From: Rhynchobatus australiae
Taxonomy: Eukaryota
Assembly: GCA_034780895.1 (NCBI GenBank)
Contig: JAUZTB010000071.1
Coordinates: forward strand, 16,609,837 to 16,673,836
Direction of reading: 5' to 3'
Length of the DNA: 64,000 nt
The notes below the pieces were generated by a model. That model saw only the letters and a program-made list of their open reading frames with translations. It was not told the origin of the DNA and made no database searches. Shown here one piece after another: positions 37,601-52,600 of the stretch. Numbering within the stretch: position 1 is the stretch's first letter; every line of letters starts with the position of its first letter. The position numbers and the translations under genes were made by a program.

Positions 37601-40600
37601 ATTCAGATGAATGGACTCTCAGGTACTGTATAGGGTTCACCCTGTGAGATCAGAGAGCAGATCTCCCAGCATAAATCGTTCGAGAGTTCAGCAATGGAGT
37701 GCTGTCAGGAAATGGTTGACAGAGCTTGACCAGTAAATTGGGAACTTCTGTATCTTGGCAAGATTGCCAAACACAGGCTGATAAATATTGACATTTCCAT
37801 GTGTAACTGTAAGCACTTTCCAGCAACGTTTGCTCACTTTGTTTTGCTGATTCATTGTTAGATGAGGACGTCCCCATGATACAATCATGTGAAGACACTG
37901 CACCAGCAATATGGCAATAAAGGACTATGTTGACATCTACAGTTAGAAATTTGGGCAAGGATTCAGAAAGTAGATACTAAGCAAACTTTGAGTACTAACT
38001 TGCAGTTTTGCAGAATATTGCATGCCTGAATGTTCAGCAAGATGCCTTTAGACTTCATGCTGAATCTTATCCTGCGGAAGGGCCTGGTAATTTTAAACCA
38101 GTTCATTGTTGTATGCTGAAATAGCTCATGGATTTGTAGCACTTATTACAACAGAGAAAGACATTCAGCTCCCAGCAGAACAAGTTCTGGGTCCCAGCTG
38201 AACAAGTTCTCTGTATGTCTGCACCTTATTCTCTCTCTCATGCCCGTCAACTCCCCTTTGATTTTGTTGTTTACCTGTACTAATGTATAATTTACAGTGG
38301 CCAATTAACCTACTGGTACAATTTTGGGATGAGAGGAAACCAGAGCACTCAGAGGAAGCCCATGTGGTTACAGGGAGAACATACAAACTCCACATAGACA
38401 GCATCCAAGGTCAGGATTGAACCTGGGACCTGGGAGTCGTGAGACAGCTGCACTAACTGTACTGTGCTGCCCACAAATCTGATAATGAAACAAGACACAA
38501 AAGGCCAAACTTTTCACTACAAGAAAATGTTGAATCCAATCTGATGTTACTTTTTGAAGGAAAAGTGGAATGAGTATTGCATTTGTGAATACATTTTGCA
38601 TAACAGTTAAGAAAATCGAATTGCAATTATTTTATATAAACCATGGTCAAAGGATTTAAATGGTTGATCACAGCGGAGGTAGAGAAAACTGAACTGCACA
38701 ACGCTGAGAAACGATATTTAAAAAGTGACCTCAATGCAGATATTAAGCAAAGGCAACCAACATGTCGATAACCAGCAATATTATCCATGTTAGCCATAAT
38801 TACCTATTTTCTGATGCTGACTACAGAGTAAGCTACCAAATATCTGGGAAGAGTTTGTAAGGAATGTTGACAGGCATATGAGGGGGAATAAAGAGCCAAC
38901 GTACAGTGAGAGGAGGACTGGGACTGAGGAACTTGCTCTGCTGAGAGCCAGAATGGATCTGATGATCTGAATGTGCTCTTATGTTGTAATAATGCCACCA
39001 TAAACTTAATTTACAAAAAACCTGGGCAGTAACAATCATGACAAAAGTCATNNNNNNNNNNNNNNNNNNNNNNNNNNNNNNNNNNNNNNNNNNNNNNNNN
39101 NNNNNNNNNNNNNNNNNNNNNNNNNNNNNNNNNNNNNNNNNNNNNNNNNNNNNNNNNNNNNNNNNNNNNNNNNNNNNNNNNNNNNNNNNNNNNNNNNNNN
39201 NNNNNNNNNNNNNNNNNNNNNNNNNNNNNNNNNNNNNNNNNNNNNNNNNNNNNNNNNNNNNNNNNNNNNNNNNNNNNNNNNNNNNNNNNNNNNNNNNNNN
39301 NNNNNNNNNNNNNNNNNNNNNNNNNNNNNNNNNNNNNNNNNNNNNNNNNNNNNNNNNNNNNNNNNNNNNNNNNNNNNNNNNNNNNNNNNNNNNNNNNNNN
39401 NNNNNNNNNNNNNNNNNNNNNNNNNNNNNNNNNNNNNNNNNNNNNNNNNNNNNNNNNNNNNNNNNNNNNNNNNNNNNNNNNNNNNNNNNNNNNNNNNNNN
39501 NNNNNNNNNNNNNNNNNNNNNNNNNNNNNNNNNNNNNNNNNNNNNNNNNNNGATGGAATGTATTTGTGATACAATCTCCAATTGTGCTTCTATTAATTAA
39601 AAGAAGCATGAGAGAGCAGAAGAAAGATGACAACACATTGTTGCTCAGTAATGCACCAGAGTATCAGCCGTGCCTGAAACCATGGCACTTGTGGACCGAC
39701 CATGACTCCATCTGACCGTGGAGTCAGATTATGGATTCAATTGCCACACCAGGGAATTGAGCAAAATGTCTAATGCAACAGTGAGGTCATGCTGCACTGT
39801 CAGAAGCACCATTCTTTGGTTGAGACATTAAATTAAGGATCTTTCTTTTTCAGTTGGACATAGAAGATCTCATGGCTATTTTGAAGAAGAGCAAGGGAAT
39901 ATTCCTGATGTACTGGTTAATATTTATTCCTTAACTGACATTTCAATAAAAAACAAGATTATATGGTTGTTGTCTCTTGCCATTTGTGGGGAAATTGGTT
40001 ACCGCTTTTCAAAGATTACAGTGGTGCTTCGTAGGAGGAGAGAAAATAGGAAATGACTGACCAGTTGTGGGAAATGCTGGAACCCATCACTAAGGACATG
40101 ATAACAGTGTACCTGGAAAATAGTCAAAGACAATAACAACATGTTTTGTCCAATCCAGGCCTTTCAAGTGAAACTTGCAGAGCAGACGAGGAGACAGTGG
40201 ATATCTGGATTCTCTAAAGAAATTTGATAAGACACATGAATGATTGATACACAGATAACGATGCACTAAATTGCCCATAACATTAACATGGACAGAGAAT
40301 TAGTTAAAATGCTAAAAATAATGAGAGGCTATTATTGGAGGGACGGCATAAAGATCAGTGGAGATGCTTTATACTTGCAATCTGTATATATCAAGTTAGC
40401 AAAAGAGACAGAACATAATGTATCCAAGTTTACTGATAGTACTAAACTGGGTGAAAGAGTAAGCTCTGAGGTAGTCTGCAAAAGAAGAGACTCAGTTAGT
40501 GGCAGCTGGGTGGCAGTTGGAAGATACTGTTAGGAAATTAGATTATTCATTTGGTAGAAAGAAGGGAGAATAGATTTTGTTTAGAAGATGATAAACCATT

Positions 40601-43600
40601 AGATGTTTGCATTGAAAGGGAATGAAATACCCTTGTGCACAAAAGATAAAAGTTAGCATGCAGGTACAGCAAACAGTTATAAAGCCAAATGGAATTTTGA
40701 AGCCATAATTAGCTTACATAATGACTCTCTGGATCTGACCCTGGATTCATATGACTTGCGGTTTAAAACAAAGTCGCCAACAGCCAGTGTAAAGAGGAAG
40801 CTAAATATGCAATGAGCTAACACTCCGAAAATAGAACAGCTTCAGTCACTACCCAAGAACTGATCTGTCATATTAACTAACCCTATCTTTATATCCATTA
40901 GGTGGATGAAGAGATCTTTTGCTCGAAAGAGATGGTGTCCAGTCTGGCATTTGGCCTGGCATTCCTTCAACGTATGGACATGAAACCTGTTGTTGTAATC
41001 GGATTATCTTGTCAGTATGGTGAAGAAACTTTGGATTCATTTGCAGAAATTAAATCCTTATTACTCCGGAATTGCAAGACCCTTACTGATGCACTACACA
41101 GGAATTCAGCTGTCACCATGCCCTTTTTTAATGGTGGGGCCTTGCTACAAGCAGAGAAGCCTTCGTCTCTCAATAGGTACAGCTGCTTTATGAAAGAGCA
41201 AAATTCTAAAATATCAATGATTTGTGTAGGTAAGCCAGTGTTATGCAACAAAGAAGAAACAATTTTGATGTTAAACCAAATATAAAGTGTCACTAAATTG
41301 GTCATGCTCTTGACTCACTCTGAAGACCTTAGCAAGCTCAACAAGTGATATACTACAAGATATATGTAGTTTCTACTGATCTACATTGGTCCCTCTCCTT
41401 TTCAAATATGACTAAAGAGTGGTCCTTTTTCCCTGTCATACCCAGCCCTTCCACCAACCACAGTAGGGAAAGAATTGTTGCCCTTCTACAGAACCATGCA
41501 CAATACATTTCCACAGTGCCTCTCAATAATTGTTGGTGGCCTATTAGCAGCGGTAAGCACTGAGATGTTACAACTGAGCTCCAAAGTGTCAAACCTGCAT
41601 TTTTATTAGGATTCCTTTTGTCTCTGCAAGAAAATAAAACACAGAACTGTATATTCAAAAATGTCACGCAATTCATCTTATTTGTGATTAATTTTTCCCC
41701 CTCAGTCTAAATATGCCATTGTGGTCTTATTAAATAAGAAATCCGAGAAGTTTCTTTGATGGTTTAATTGCCATATTATACATCAATGACACCATGGATT
41801 GACTGTGATTTCTTTTGCACAGTTTTGGGAGTGTCGTCTCATTTGAAGAAGAGTTATTAAACTGGAGTCTGGAATCGGGGCACATCCCTATCATCTGCTC
41901 CATCGGAGAGACCTCTGATGGACAACTGGTGCTTTTAAATTCCTTGGGTGTCACAGCACATATTGCAAAGATAATGCAGCCTTTGAAAGTGATGTTTCTG
42001 AACAACTCGGGAGGTATTCAGGACAGTAATCAAAAGGTGAGTATATTTTTTCTTGGCGCAATCCATAAACTTGGAACATCAGAATATTTCTTTCTTAGAC
42101 AGTTGACTAAGTTGATGTGTCACCTAGTGGAATCTGTAAATATCTTTTTGGTCCTCAGGAGAGCTGTCAATAACTTTTTTAAACAATTGAGAAGAAGATA
42201 TGGACTTGATTAGACATGGTATCTCTTCCACCTTTGACCTCCTCTCATTTCCCAATCTGGTCAGTTCATCTGACATCAGCTTGAACCCTTTACACTCTGT
42301 TGCTATCAATGCTACAGATTAGTTCCTATGTCACCCACTAATGAGCAGAAATCTTCTTCAGCCTTTTCGGCCTTCTTGGCTGTAATAATGCTTTTCCCAA
42401 AGTCAGTTAGAGAACGGAGTTCTGCACAAACAATATTTTCTGACCTTGAATGACACGCTAACAAAGTTTCCTCCTCCATCCCCCACCTCAAGCCCAATAT
42501 TGGGAGATCTTACTAAGGAGAAGACAACAATACAGGTAAGAAGGAAAGAACATGCAGAAAACATGTGAAAATGTGGTTAGAGTAAGTTTTCTGATAGAGT
42601 AAGACTACAAGTCACATGGTTTAGAAAATGAAACTAAAGAGGATTTATTGGCTCAGAATTTAAATACCAGAAGCTGCTCTTCAAAGCATTTGGTAAGCTT
42701 TTGGTTCAGGTATGTACCAGAAATCAACAGAAAGTGTTGCTTTTTGGATCATGGATGCATGGCCTTTTTCTTGTTCTTTTAAACCCTTTCTAGCTTCCAT
42801 GTTTGTATCAGAAGGTCATAAATGACTGAAATAGAGGAAGTGCTGTTTCAATGTTTTTCATCAGGAAAACCAATTACAGAGCCCATCAGAAGGAGGTCCT
42901 TTCAATTCTAGGATCTGGTTTTCAATTGGAATTCTGCTAAGTTAACCTTGCAAGAAGTTTCAGATAATAATCTGGGACCATACTAATTTGACATCTGCTT
43001 GTAATAGGAATCATTCTAACATTAATTCTAACATTAAGAACAGAAATTCCAAATGATTCTTCTTTACTGAATTGTGAAAGAAACATTTCTGGATTTCTAC
43101 CCCTGATATGGCTCTGTTTTTGTTAATGCAGAAGGAAAGCGTGGGTGGAGTACACCTTCAAATTAACATCGTAGGCATGAAATGAAGAAATTTGAGATGT
43201 TAAAATATGAGTGTTCAATGCTTTGAATTTACTTTTTCCATAATTTTGGTGGAAGAATGAGCACATTTATTCTAAACTAGAATAGGAATCTGATAAACAC
43301 ATTAAACTCTCACAGTCTAGCAGCCGGGGGTCATGTTATTAAAACAATTACTTCTTGAGCAATGCAACTTTTTCTTTAGTGTATTTTGCAACCATCTATT
43401 TGGGTGACTTTCTGCATCGGCTTTACAGTGGTTGTAGAACCCAGTCACCCACATGACCACTTATTTCAAAAAGGCCCTTTCCATTAGCTTAGATCAGTTA
43501 CTCCATACAAAAATTTAAGGTCAGTAAACAGGCAGATAATACATAGAAGTTGCAACACAGAGACAAACCACGTCTGTGTTTACCTTCCAAGTGAGTAATT

Positions 43601-46600
43601 AGTTCTAATCCTAACTACCCAACTTATTCCCTAACTCCTTCAGACCTTCACCATGTTCATATATCCAATCTAATCTTGTATGTTGACAATGTCTCTGGCT
43701 CAACCCCTAACCCTGAAAATGAATTCCACATCTGCACAACTCTCTGTTTAATGACATTTCTGCTGTCCTCTGTTCCAAAACAAGATTGTAAGAGTGATTG
43801 GTGGGATAGTTGTCAGGTTCCTGTTTGCTCGAAGTGGATCTAGAACTGGTGCAGCTCTGAATAAATGCTCAACCAGTTAGGAATGAGATGAAGAGAACTC
43901 TCAAAGGGCTGTAGATACTCGGCCATTAGATAGATTTTTGGGCATCAAAGGAATAGCAGGACATGGAGATTGGTTGGGAAAATGGACAAAGCATAATTTT
44001 ATTGAATGGCAGAGTAGGCTCATAGAACTGAAGAACCTACTCCTACTTGTGGGTCTTGTATTCCTCAACCTCTTGCATTTCATTTTGTATCTGTGACCCT
44101 TCTTTCTTAATCCTCAAGTTGCTGGAAACAATCTGCTCATCATTTTAGATCCTTCCAACACATTTAATTTACTGTCTCATAGTCTTGTGTCATTCTCATG
44201 ACCAGCGCAAAATATGTGGCATTCTGATACATCGGTTATGCCCTCCTGATACATCTCTTGTGCCCTCTCCAGTTTCAATATTCTTCCTACAGAGTTCACT
44301 AACCAAGGGATTGACTTTTTAAGCCACATCACATACCTCTTCATTGTTCCACACCTCTTATGGACCCTAAAATTGGATTTTATTTTTAAATAGCTTCAGG
44401 TATCTGAATGCAGTTGTTTCTTAATCTTCTTGCTCTGAACTCAGCTTTCATCTAGTATTAGAGTATCATCAATGACATACAATGAATTTAGATCATTATA
44501 TTGTACGCTATTTTACCAACTAATTATGTCCAGTTATAGCTTCCCTTTATTACTTGAAAAGAATTATGGTCAAAAAATTGGAATACAATAGAAAATGTGC
44601 ACTGGAAACAAAGTGGTTGCATAACATATGCTGAGTTTGATTCAGTGCAGGTTGTAGCATTCACATATGCGCACATCATCAAAACAACTGCTCTGTTGAG
44701 CCCGCACCAACTGTGTTGTTTGGTGCTTTAGTTTACTTGACTAATAATTCAGAGATTTGGAATAACGAAAGACCTGAGTTCAAATCTCTCTTCAGCAGCT
44801 GGGGAATAAATCAATCTGAAATTTTAAAGCTGGTATCAATAACGGTGCCCTTGAAAATACCAGAAAGTTGGAAAATCCTATTGCATTTACTTATATTCTT
44901 AAGGAAAAGAAATCAGTTCAACCTTACCCAACGTAACCCATGCAGAACTGCAGGCCCATAGCAACATAGTTGACTTTTAAGTGTTTCAGCAGACCAAAAA
45001 CTATACCAGATCTTTACCCTCACCACATGAAGTACATTGATTTAAGGAGGGTGGGGCATACTCACCAGTTAGGGATGGGAATTAAATGTTGACCTTGCTA
45101 GTAAAGTCCAAGAGCCACAGTGCAAACTCGTACATCTGGAACCCCCATGTGTTGCTGTTATGTTGGTGGATACCAGTACTGAAAGGGGATTTAAGTGTGG
45201 TATGGTTTTGCAGCAGGAAATTGGAATTGCTGAGATGCCACCCAACAGGGAGTGGCAGGGGCTTCACAGAGCACAGATTAGCTGTTTTCTATCAGGTTGA
45301 CAGAATTCTTGATCTCCAACATCAGTGCCTGTGGTCTTACCCATCAACCAGGTAGCCCAGATTATTGCTACACGTGGTGAAATCTTGCACAGCAAAGTCT
45401 ACAACTTGAGATAGTGCTGACACACTCCACTACAGATGAGCAGCATTCCAACAGCTTGGCTACAGACCCTATTGGGGATGAGGAGAACCCCAGCACTGCC
45501 ATAGGGCAGAGAGACACAAGCAAGCACACACCAGCAAGAATACATAAGTCAGCTCTTGATGTTTGGGTGCTATTGTTCTTGTTTNNNNNNNNNNNNNNNN
45601 NNNNNNNNNNNNNNNNNNNNNNNNNCACTTTCCTTCTACCTTAACAGTGGTACATGGATTTCTTCTTTTGTTCAAGGATTTAGGTGGCCAACTTCAGGGC
45701 CTGCGTTTCAAACCACTCCAATGAAAGTCTTCTTTCAGATGTCTCTAAAGAGAATGGTCATCCTCTTTGTAATTTCTAGTTGAGGTGGTCCCACACCATT
45801 GTACACATCCTTTGGCATAATTTGCCACTAAATTTCCAAGCCTTTTCAAGACCAAAATTATGTTGTGTGGGAAATGAAGCTGGAATTAAAGCACTTTGCT
45901 CAGAAGAGTAGAGGGAGCTTTACTCTGTAATGAGCTATACTATATCTAATGTAGAAGTGCTTAATGCTGGCACTAGATACAACAAAGTTGCAAATATTCA
46001 ATTTTATCAGTGCAAGAGTGTCCCATTTTGACAGTTATAAAAATGTTACATAATAATTCATCATGGCCTGGTTTCTGTACCTCTGCGAGAGGGTGGCGTG
46101 TTTCATTACACATTTGGCAAATTGTCCCATTCAAGTTCAGGTCATTAGCTGGGAGATTGGCAGCAACCACCCACTTCCAGCATCATGTGTAAAAGGTGCC
46201 TCCCTAACGTTGCCAGTTTCAAATACTCCTCTGAGGCTGGCTTGCATGAGACAAGAAGACCTCACTGTAATTGTTTTTCAGTTTCGTCGTTGTCAAAGCG
46301 CTGCTTCAAGTGCCAATGGGCGTTTTCAGCGTCGAACAATCTCTCTTGGTACCAGCTGTGTGGAGAGCCTACAGGTACGTTTTGNNNNNNNNNNNNNNNN
46401 NNNNNNNNNNNNNNNNNNNNNNNNNNNNNNNNNNNNNNCTTCTCCCCTGGTGATTTTTGCCTCTACTGTCAACAGTTTTGACCCTGGCAGATGGACTTGC
46501 CCTGAATGGAAGACGGAGTACAATTATTCATATAAGTGCAATGATTCCATGTCCCACTCAGCAGTTAATCTTCCACATTTTTTGACCACTTTAGTATTGT

Positions 46601-49600
46601 GCCAGCCAATGTTTTGATAACCATGATCCCTACAATCTTTTACAATAGTACTTATTTTTGTGGGGGTTTTTTTTCAAATCATTGAGATCCACAGAGGCAG
46701 TTCCTTGGAGGACCAAATCTCAGTTGTATCATGAAGGTGAGGCACAGTCTTGAAGTCAGGATGTCCTTTTCTTCCAATCTGGAAAGAAAACTCACAGGAG
46801 AACAACCAGTGCCTGACTAGGTTGCCTCCTGTGTCACCCACCTTTGCATGACCTGAGCAGAAAGAAAATTTACCCTCATACTGAACAAATTACATCCACA
46901 CAATTCAGTGAAGAACTTCTAAAATACTTTCCAGGTGTCTGTGCAAGTTACCATAGCAGTCACTAAGACAATGCAAACACCAAACAGTGTATGTGTTGGT
47001 AGAAGGGTCAGGCTGACAAATGCAGATTGGAACAATAAAATAACCATTTAGAATGGGTGAACAATTATNNNNNNNNNNNNNNNNNNNNNNNNNNNNNNNN
47101 NNNNNNNNNNNNNNNNNCTAGTTACATCTATTAATCTGCCTGAGCCCTACACTCTTTCCTTCAGGGAAGAAGCCACTCTCAGAATTAAATGCCTTTCAAA
47201 ACATGTTGGGAAGCTGCCTTGGGAAAGAGCTTCTAATACTCCCATTCTCCCTTTGGAGATAGGCCTGAGCTGTGTTCACCAACTGTAACAATTAAAGATC
47301 TGGAATGCAGGAGTGTGAGAATCTAACATTTCTCTTACTGTCCCAGTGAGATGTGGAAAAATGAGAAGATTCTTGATTTCAGCACACTGATAAGGTAGAG
47401 CATATAATACTCTGTGAGCTCAGGAAACAAAAGGGAACCAATTACATTTTTCTGACAAAAATTATTTTGATGAAGCTGGAAGTATCAGTAAAATCATTGA
47501 TATTTAACATTTAATTGTTTGGATGAGTATAATGATTTGGTTTTTAATGTAACTGATTATTTAATAGAGGATACATATTGGTATCTATAAGAATTNNNNN
47601 NNNNNTGATGTTTGTTACTGGTGAGGTTTGAGGCCTGCCAAATATGGAACAAACATCATGACAGGATTGAAACACAACTCGCCACCCTTTTCCAAAGAGG
47701 AGCCCTTAGTGTGTATCTTTTATAAATAGCCCCTTAGTGTTTTTTGTGTGTTTGTGTGACTTCATTTCTGGATTGTTTCATGTAATTTACATTGCTGGAC
47801 ACCCAATCTGCGCTTTGTTGGTGCAAGTTGCTTACTGCTGATGGCAGTAGTATGGTAGGAGATGCAGAATATGACAAGTTTTGTGGCATTAAACTGTGAT
47901 TGCAAGTGGATGTAATGGCAATGCATTTGGGTGAGGGAGCCTTGTGCAAGTAGCGTGTATGCTTGAGATAGAGTAGACGTTTTGGATTTTTGAACAGGTG
48001 TGGTATAGTGAATATTATCTAATGTATGTCCTTTTTCATTAATTTGCTGCCTTGTTATCTAATGCTTTATATACTTAATAATTTGCTTTGTACCTAATAA
48101 AATAATTTTCAATAATTTTATCTAATATGAATAATTTCCCAATAATTTTTTGTCATATCAAATATAATTTATTTCTCAATCATGTTAGCTAGTGTAGTTT
48201 ACTCAACATTTTATCTAATGTACAGATATTTCTCATTTCTCTGCCTCATTTAATGAAGTTCATTTCTCAGTAAACTGCTGCCCTATTATGCAAGATACCA
48301 ATACTATGATATCTTTGTTTTCATGCTCACATGTCAGCCAACTTTATTGCTGTTTCACATACATCCAACTATTTGCACATCATGCAGCCTGTTATCATGC
48401 AACATTAACAAAGCTTTCTCAAACTATACATTATATAATATCATAAATGGAAAAGCAAATCACTGATATATATCTATAATGCCAGTTTTTNNNNNNNNNN
48501 NNNNNNNNNNNNNNNNNNNNNNNNNNNNNNNNNNNNNNNNNNNNNNNNNNNNNNNNNNNNNNNNNNNNNNNNNNNNNNNNNNNNNNNNNNNNNNNNNNNN
48601 NNNNNNNNNNNNNNNNNNNNNNNNNNNNNNNNNNNNNNNNNNNNNNNNNNNNNNNNNNNNNNNNNNNNNNNNNNNNNNNNNNNNNNNNNNNNNNNNNNNN
48701 NNNNNNNNNNNNNNNNNNNNNNNNNNNNNNNNNNNNNNNNNNNNNNNNNNNNNNNNNNNNNNNNNNNNNNNNNNNNNNNNNNNNNNNNNNNNNNNNNNNN
48801 NNNNNNNNNNNNNNNNNNNNNNNNNNNNNNNNNNNNNNNNNNNNNNNNNNNNNNNNNNNNNNNNNNNNNNNNNNNNNNNNNNNNNNNNNNNNNNNNNNNN
48901 NNNNNNNNNNNNNNNNNNNNNNNNNNNNNNNNNNNNNNNNNNNNNNNNNNNNNNNNNNNNNNNNNNNNNNNNNNNNNNNNNNNNNNNNNNNNNNNNNNNN
49001 NNNNNNNNNNNNNNNNNNNNNNNNNNNNNNNNNNNNNNNNNNNNNNNNNNNNNNNNNNNNNNNNNNNNNNNNNNNNNNNNNNNNNNNNNNNNNNNNNNNN
49101 NNNNNNNNNNNNNNNNNNNNNNNNNNNNNNNNNNNNNNNNNNNNNNNNNNNNNNNNNNNNNNNNNNNNNNNNNNNNNNNNNNNNNNNNNNNNNNNNNNNN
49201 NNNNNNNNNNNNNNNNNNNNNNNNNNNNNNNNNNNNNNNNNNNNNNNNACTAGTAGCATGACAATACTTAATAGCAGTACATGCCCGAAGAAAGGTTAAG
49301 TGGGATGAATTCAAGTTATGGTGCTCCCAGTGCATCTGCAGAAATGATTCACTACTTTTATTTTTAAAATAGGCACTAAAACTAGGCTCATAAGACTCAA
49401 AGCAACACTTATATAGCATTTCTGATTTATCCAAAAAATTTACAGGTTCCAAACAGTTCTAAATGTCATGTAGTAATCATGTAATTTGTTCCCTCCTGCT
49501 GTAACCTCTCTATGGTATGCTCTTTCACATGGCACAGGTTGTGGGACAGGTCAATCTTCCATCTGACCTCTATCTTCTGTCAAATACGAGCTGGATTAGT

Positions 49601-52600
49601 GATAAAGAGGAACAGAAAGCCAAGGTGATAATGGATCTGCTCAACCACATGCCACCGGAATCTTCTGCTGTCATCACATCAGCCAACACCATACTCACAG
49701 AACTCTTCAGTCACAGAGGTACCACCATCATTAAGACCTTTACTACATTTATACATTCATAAAATAGAAATAGGAAATATTGAAAGATAGTAGAATGACA
49801 AATGCAAGAGATTTTTGTTTATGAATTGCTTGCAGTTAATAGATACTACATTTATTCCATATTTTCTTATGAAGGCCATTCAGCACATCAAATGTTTGCC
49901 AGCTCTCAGACCAGTCCCATACCCCAGGCTTACTTCCTTGTAACCTATTCTCTTTCATAAGCCTATGAATTTCCCCTAATTTTAGTGCCATCTACCTACA
50001 GGAGCAATAATTTATATTAGCCTTTTAACCTGCCAATTTGATTGTCTTTAGGATGTGAGAGGAAATCTTGGTCTAATTACCAATGCTCAAATTATGTTTG
50101 CATCTATAAGTTGCTATTTGGATAGTGTACATAATAATGACAATAGCTGACAACTATTGTAGGGAACCATTGGAATGGCATGTCCAGTATCAATAATAAA
50201 ATACTAAGACTCGCTTTTGAAAAGAATAGGAGAGAACACAATCTAAAATTGCTAAGTGATAATTAAGTGACGCCAAGCTTGGCACAAAGTTGCATGTTGT
50301 AAAAGGAAGTAGGAAGAAAGCAGGTTCAGTCTTCACATGGTTTCAATCCCATGAAAAGCAGGAAGGAGTAGTTGAAGCTCAGGAGAAACATGAGAGAAGG
50401 TCAGAGGAGCAAGGACCAGGTTGTTGGCTTGCAATGAAAGGAGTGTAGTTGGAAGGCAATCTTCATATGATCTGATACCACAGTTATTTCCTGTGTCCTT
50501 TTTTCAGTGCACTACAGAACTGCATTAAGATCCTCCATATTGGGAAGCAGTTTTCAAGTCTTTTGTTCTTAAACATTATCACAAATACACCTTAGACAGT
50601 CCTTCAAGATCAAGGATGACCTGCTTGCATTCCACTTCTACAGGTTCTGATGAGGCCAGAGTGGAACCTAGAGACTGCTGTAGGTGGGGCATGAGATACA
50701 TGATTGGGCAGGGAACCAGGTGGTTTGAGAGGTTGTTCGGTCTTTTCATTTACAGTGAGCTTCGATGATGCCAAATGCTTCTCTCCATTTTAAGTGATCA
50801 CAGGCCAGAGATTCCTACAATTCAGTGGGATGTTGCACTTTTTCAAGGAGACTGAGAATATTCCTGAAACCTTACCTTTGGTAATTTCTTGCTGTTAGGG
50901 AGCTCAGATTGTTGGCTTCAGAACCTCCATCTTTGTCATGCTAATGATGTGGCCTGCCTATCAGACCCAATGTAATTAGGGCATCAGTGCTGGGGATTTT
51001 GCTTGGGAGGCAACACTGACATTGGTTGGCTTTTCCTGCCGGTGGAGAATTTTGAAGAGACATTGAATAGTGGCATCTTGCAGTGCTTTGAGTTGTCTGT
51101 GGTAGACAGTCCACGTCTCAGATACATACCAAATCGCAGGGTTCACTGCTGCCTGGTAGGCCATGAGCATTGTGATGGGTTAGATGTCTCTATCTTCTAA
51201 CACTCTTCTGACAGCTAAAGGGTTCGCTAATACAGAAATAGGTGGTGAAGTTCATCAGTGTTTATCTTCACTGAGAGGTAGGTCCCAAGATATGGGAAGT
51301 GATTCACATTGGCCAGGGTTTCCCAGTGAACTTTCATGTTCGGGGAGGAGACCAAGCTACAGATATTCCACCAAGCAAAAAATCCAGTGTTCTAAACTAA
51401 TCTCAACATGTATAGTTGGTGAAGTGTTATTTCAAGTGATGGTCATAATTAAGACTTGCATAATTTACAGATATTTTGCGCACACAGGCCAGTGTATAAT
51501 CTACGAGTCTATCTTGATTGATGTGAGTTAATCACACTCCAATGATGCTTGATCATAGTACTGTATTTACCCACAAGATCAACTTTTTTTACATTATTTC
51601 TTAAGTCATCTGAATAGAATCACACTGCAGCATTGTGAATTCACTGTTTCTTCACTGTGAGGACCACTAAAGTGAATTTAATGNNNNNNNNNNTGGTGTT
51701 GATGGTAAGATGAGAGTATTAGGTGGCACCGTAGCATAGCGATTAGCGCAACGCTATTACAGTGCCAGCGATAGGGGTTTGATTCCTGTTGCTGTCTGTA
51801 AGGAGTTTGTACGTTCTCTTGTGTCTATGTGGGTTTCTTCCAGGTGCTCTGGTTTCCTTCCACATTTTAAAGACGTACAGGTGGGTTAATTTGGGGTTTA
51901 AAATGGGCGGCACAGACTTATGGGGNNNNNNNNNNNNNNNNNNNNNNNNNNNNNNNNNNNNNNNNNNNNNNNNNNNNNNNNNNNNNNNNNNNNNNNNNNN
52001 NNNNNNNNNNNNNNNNNNNNNNNNNGGTTAATTTGGGGTTTAAAATGGGCGGCACAGACTTATGGGGCCGGAAGGGCCTGTCACCACGCTGTAAATAATT
52101 TTTTTAAAAATTAAATTAATTATTTCTTGGTGCTGATAACTCAAAATGAGAAATACCAATAATGCACAAATAAAAATGTTCCATTTAGTCAACTATGAGT
52201 TTCATACATAATTGCAGTGCACCTTCCAACTGTAGACAGGGTTAGATGTTTGATGTATCATTGCTCAGAAAGATGTGATTTTTGAACAACTATATGTTTA
52301 CAAGAGCTCCTTTAACATAGAAAAACTTCACAGGGTAAATTTTCAGGAGCATTATCAAACAAAATATGACGCTGAGCCACGGAAGTGGATATTGAGATGA
52401 AGGTAAATGAGAGGAGGGTTTGATATTGGAAATCTAGAACTCATGGCCCAGGCAGCTGAAGACATAGTTGTAAATAATGCAGCTATTATAACTGCAGTTG
52501 CAGAAGAGGCCAAAACTGTGGGAATGNNNNNNNNNNNNNNAGCCAAGGGAATGAAGTAGATGTGGGACAACAAAGAAGGACGATAAAATAAGAATGTGAA

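Noticed and set aside
21691-49452. Long ORFs of 180-330 aa in the track (e.g. 21691-22439, 23879-24747, 38833-39715, 48460-49452)
   Set aside because: They are artefacts of translating through N runs.
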